A stretch of DNA of 64,000 nucleotides from Felis catus (Eukaryota), in the NCBI RefSeq assembly GCF_018350175.1, contig NC_058368.1, positions 120,344,001 through 120,408,000 of the forward strand, in the 5' to 3' direction. The translations under genes were made by a program, and so were the position numbers. Shown piece after piece: positions 62,842 through 64,000 of the stretch (position 1 is the first letter of the stretch; each line of letters opens with the position of its first letter). The notes beneath the pieces are model-generated. The model had not been told where the DNA came from, did no database searches, and saw only the letters and a list, made by a program, of their open reading frames with translations.

Positions 62842-63025
62842 TTTTAATTTTTTAAGTATTTTCAGGTTTTTATTTACTTTGAGAGAGACAGAGATAGCAT
62901 GAGTTGAGAAAGGGCAGAGAGAGAGGGACAGAGAATTCCAAGCAGGCTCCACGCTGTTAGCACAGAGCCCGACCTGGGTCCCAAATTCATGAAACTCTGA
63001 GATCATGATCTAAGCCTAAGTCAGA
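62842..63025 (-). mobile_element. 5'-truncated Can-SINE
   Basis: Stops at aagtcaga, so the A-box head is absent; perfect 16-bp TSD ataaccatttatcttt (62826-62841, 63028-63043). Confidence 0.93.
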
Positions 63026-64000
63026 AGATAACCATTTATCTTTAAAGCAGTCATATATTTTATGTCTGGCTGGCTTGATTAAAAACAAAAGTAAAATAAT
63101 TAGCAATACTTATTATGCCACTACTATGTTGCAGGGTGAAGTGTGAAATTCTTTGTAGCATCCCATTTAATTTTCACAAAAACTCCACAAGACTTGTTAA
63201 TGAATGAATCTTACAACATCAAGAGTCACAGGTTTAGTCCAGACGCGACTTGGTCTTTTTATTTTTGTTTGATTTAAACATATTTAGGCAACTGATGAAA
63301 GTCTTTGCTTTACTCTCTGAAAGCTTAGTTGAACTAGGCTTTTGATCAGGATTCGTGAGATAAGTTCAAAAGGATGGCATTGGGTTGTTGCTGTTGCTAT
63401 TGTTTGTTATTTGTGATTTTTATAAGGTTGGAGAAAGCAGCTAACCATGTACTTAGTAAGCCATTTCACCATCAGACTTGTATCAGTCTTCAGCCACTTC
63501 CAAGTCTCCCACGTAAGTGCTTACATGAGGCCCTTGCAGAATCTGATAGGCTTTATAAAACAGAAAATGCAAATGTGGAGTCATATTTTAACTAGTTGAG
63601 TACTTTCCCTTCATGACTAATCTCACAGATTGTCAGAACCCAGAGTGGCATGAATCTATAAGATCATGTCTCCTGAGATGACTTAAAGTCAATGACTAAG
63701 TTATCCAAGACAGATTGACAAGTAGATTTCTCCAGGCCATTCCAGGGTATAGTTTCTTTGGTTTTATTAAAGGTCTTTCACATGTTTCCCTACGTTCTTG
63801 GGAAACAGGGGGAGGGTAGTAGAATCTTTTATCTCTGATGTTCAGAAATAATGCCTTTGTGCCAAGAATTACAAGTCAAAGACATACTAGCCAAATTTGA
63901 CCTATAGATGTATTTTTGTTGTTTTTTGGCTTGCAAAGTGATTTTTAAATGTTTATTTAGTTATTCTTTTTGGGGGGAGAGAGAAAGTTCACTGAGGGAG

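Overview
This is AT-rich mammalian non-coding DNA from a felid (cat-like) genome. The evidence is about 24 tRNA-derived Can-SINEs, including the youngest Felis-type copies, and a young feline LINE-1 3' end. The window is dominated by interspersed repeats: Can-SINE, LINE-1 of several ages, L2, MIR, MaLR/ERVL/ERV1 solo LTRs and hAT/Tigger MITEs. Between them lie several repeat-free islands that may be regulatory. I recognise no host protein-coding exon, RNA gene or CRISPR array, and nearly all listed ORFs are repeat-derived or chance ORFs. I cannot support a novel biological system. The best-supported unusual features are retrotransposition signatures read directly from the sequence: (i) a young L1 with a ~95-bp 3' transduction inside a perfect 16-bp TSD (29281-30031); (ii) a twin-priming 5'-inverted L1 nested two levels deep in an old near-full-length L1, creating a chimeric 221-codon ORF (52713-54121); (iii) an L1 and then a SINE inserted at one target site, leaving three copies of the target motif (12914-13388). 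Weaker leads are a possible disabled exon (33172-33468, minus), a possible + strand exon (46716-46789) and motif-rich enhancer-like islands. Repeat subfamily names come from recalled consensus sequences, not from a database search, and boundaries of old elements are approximate.
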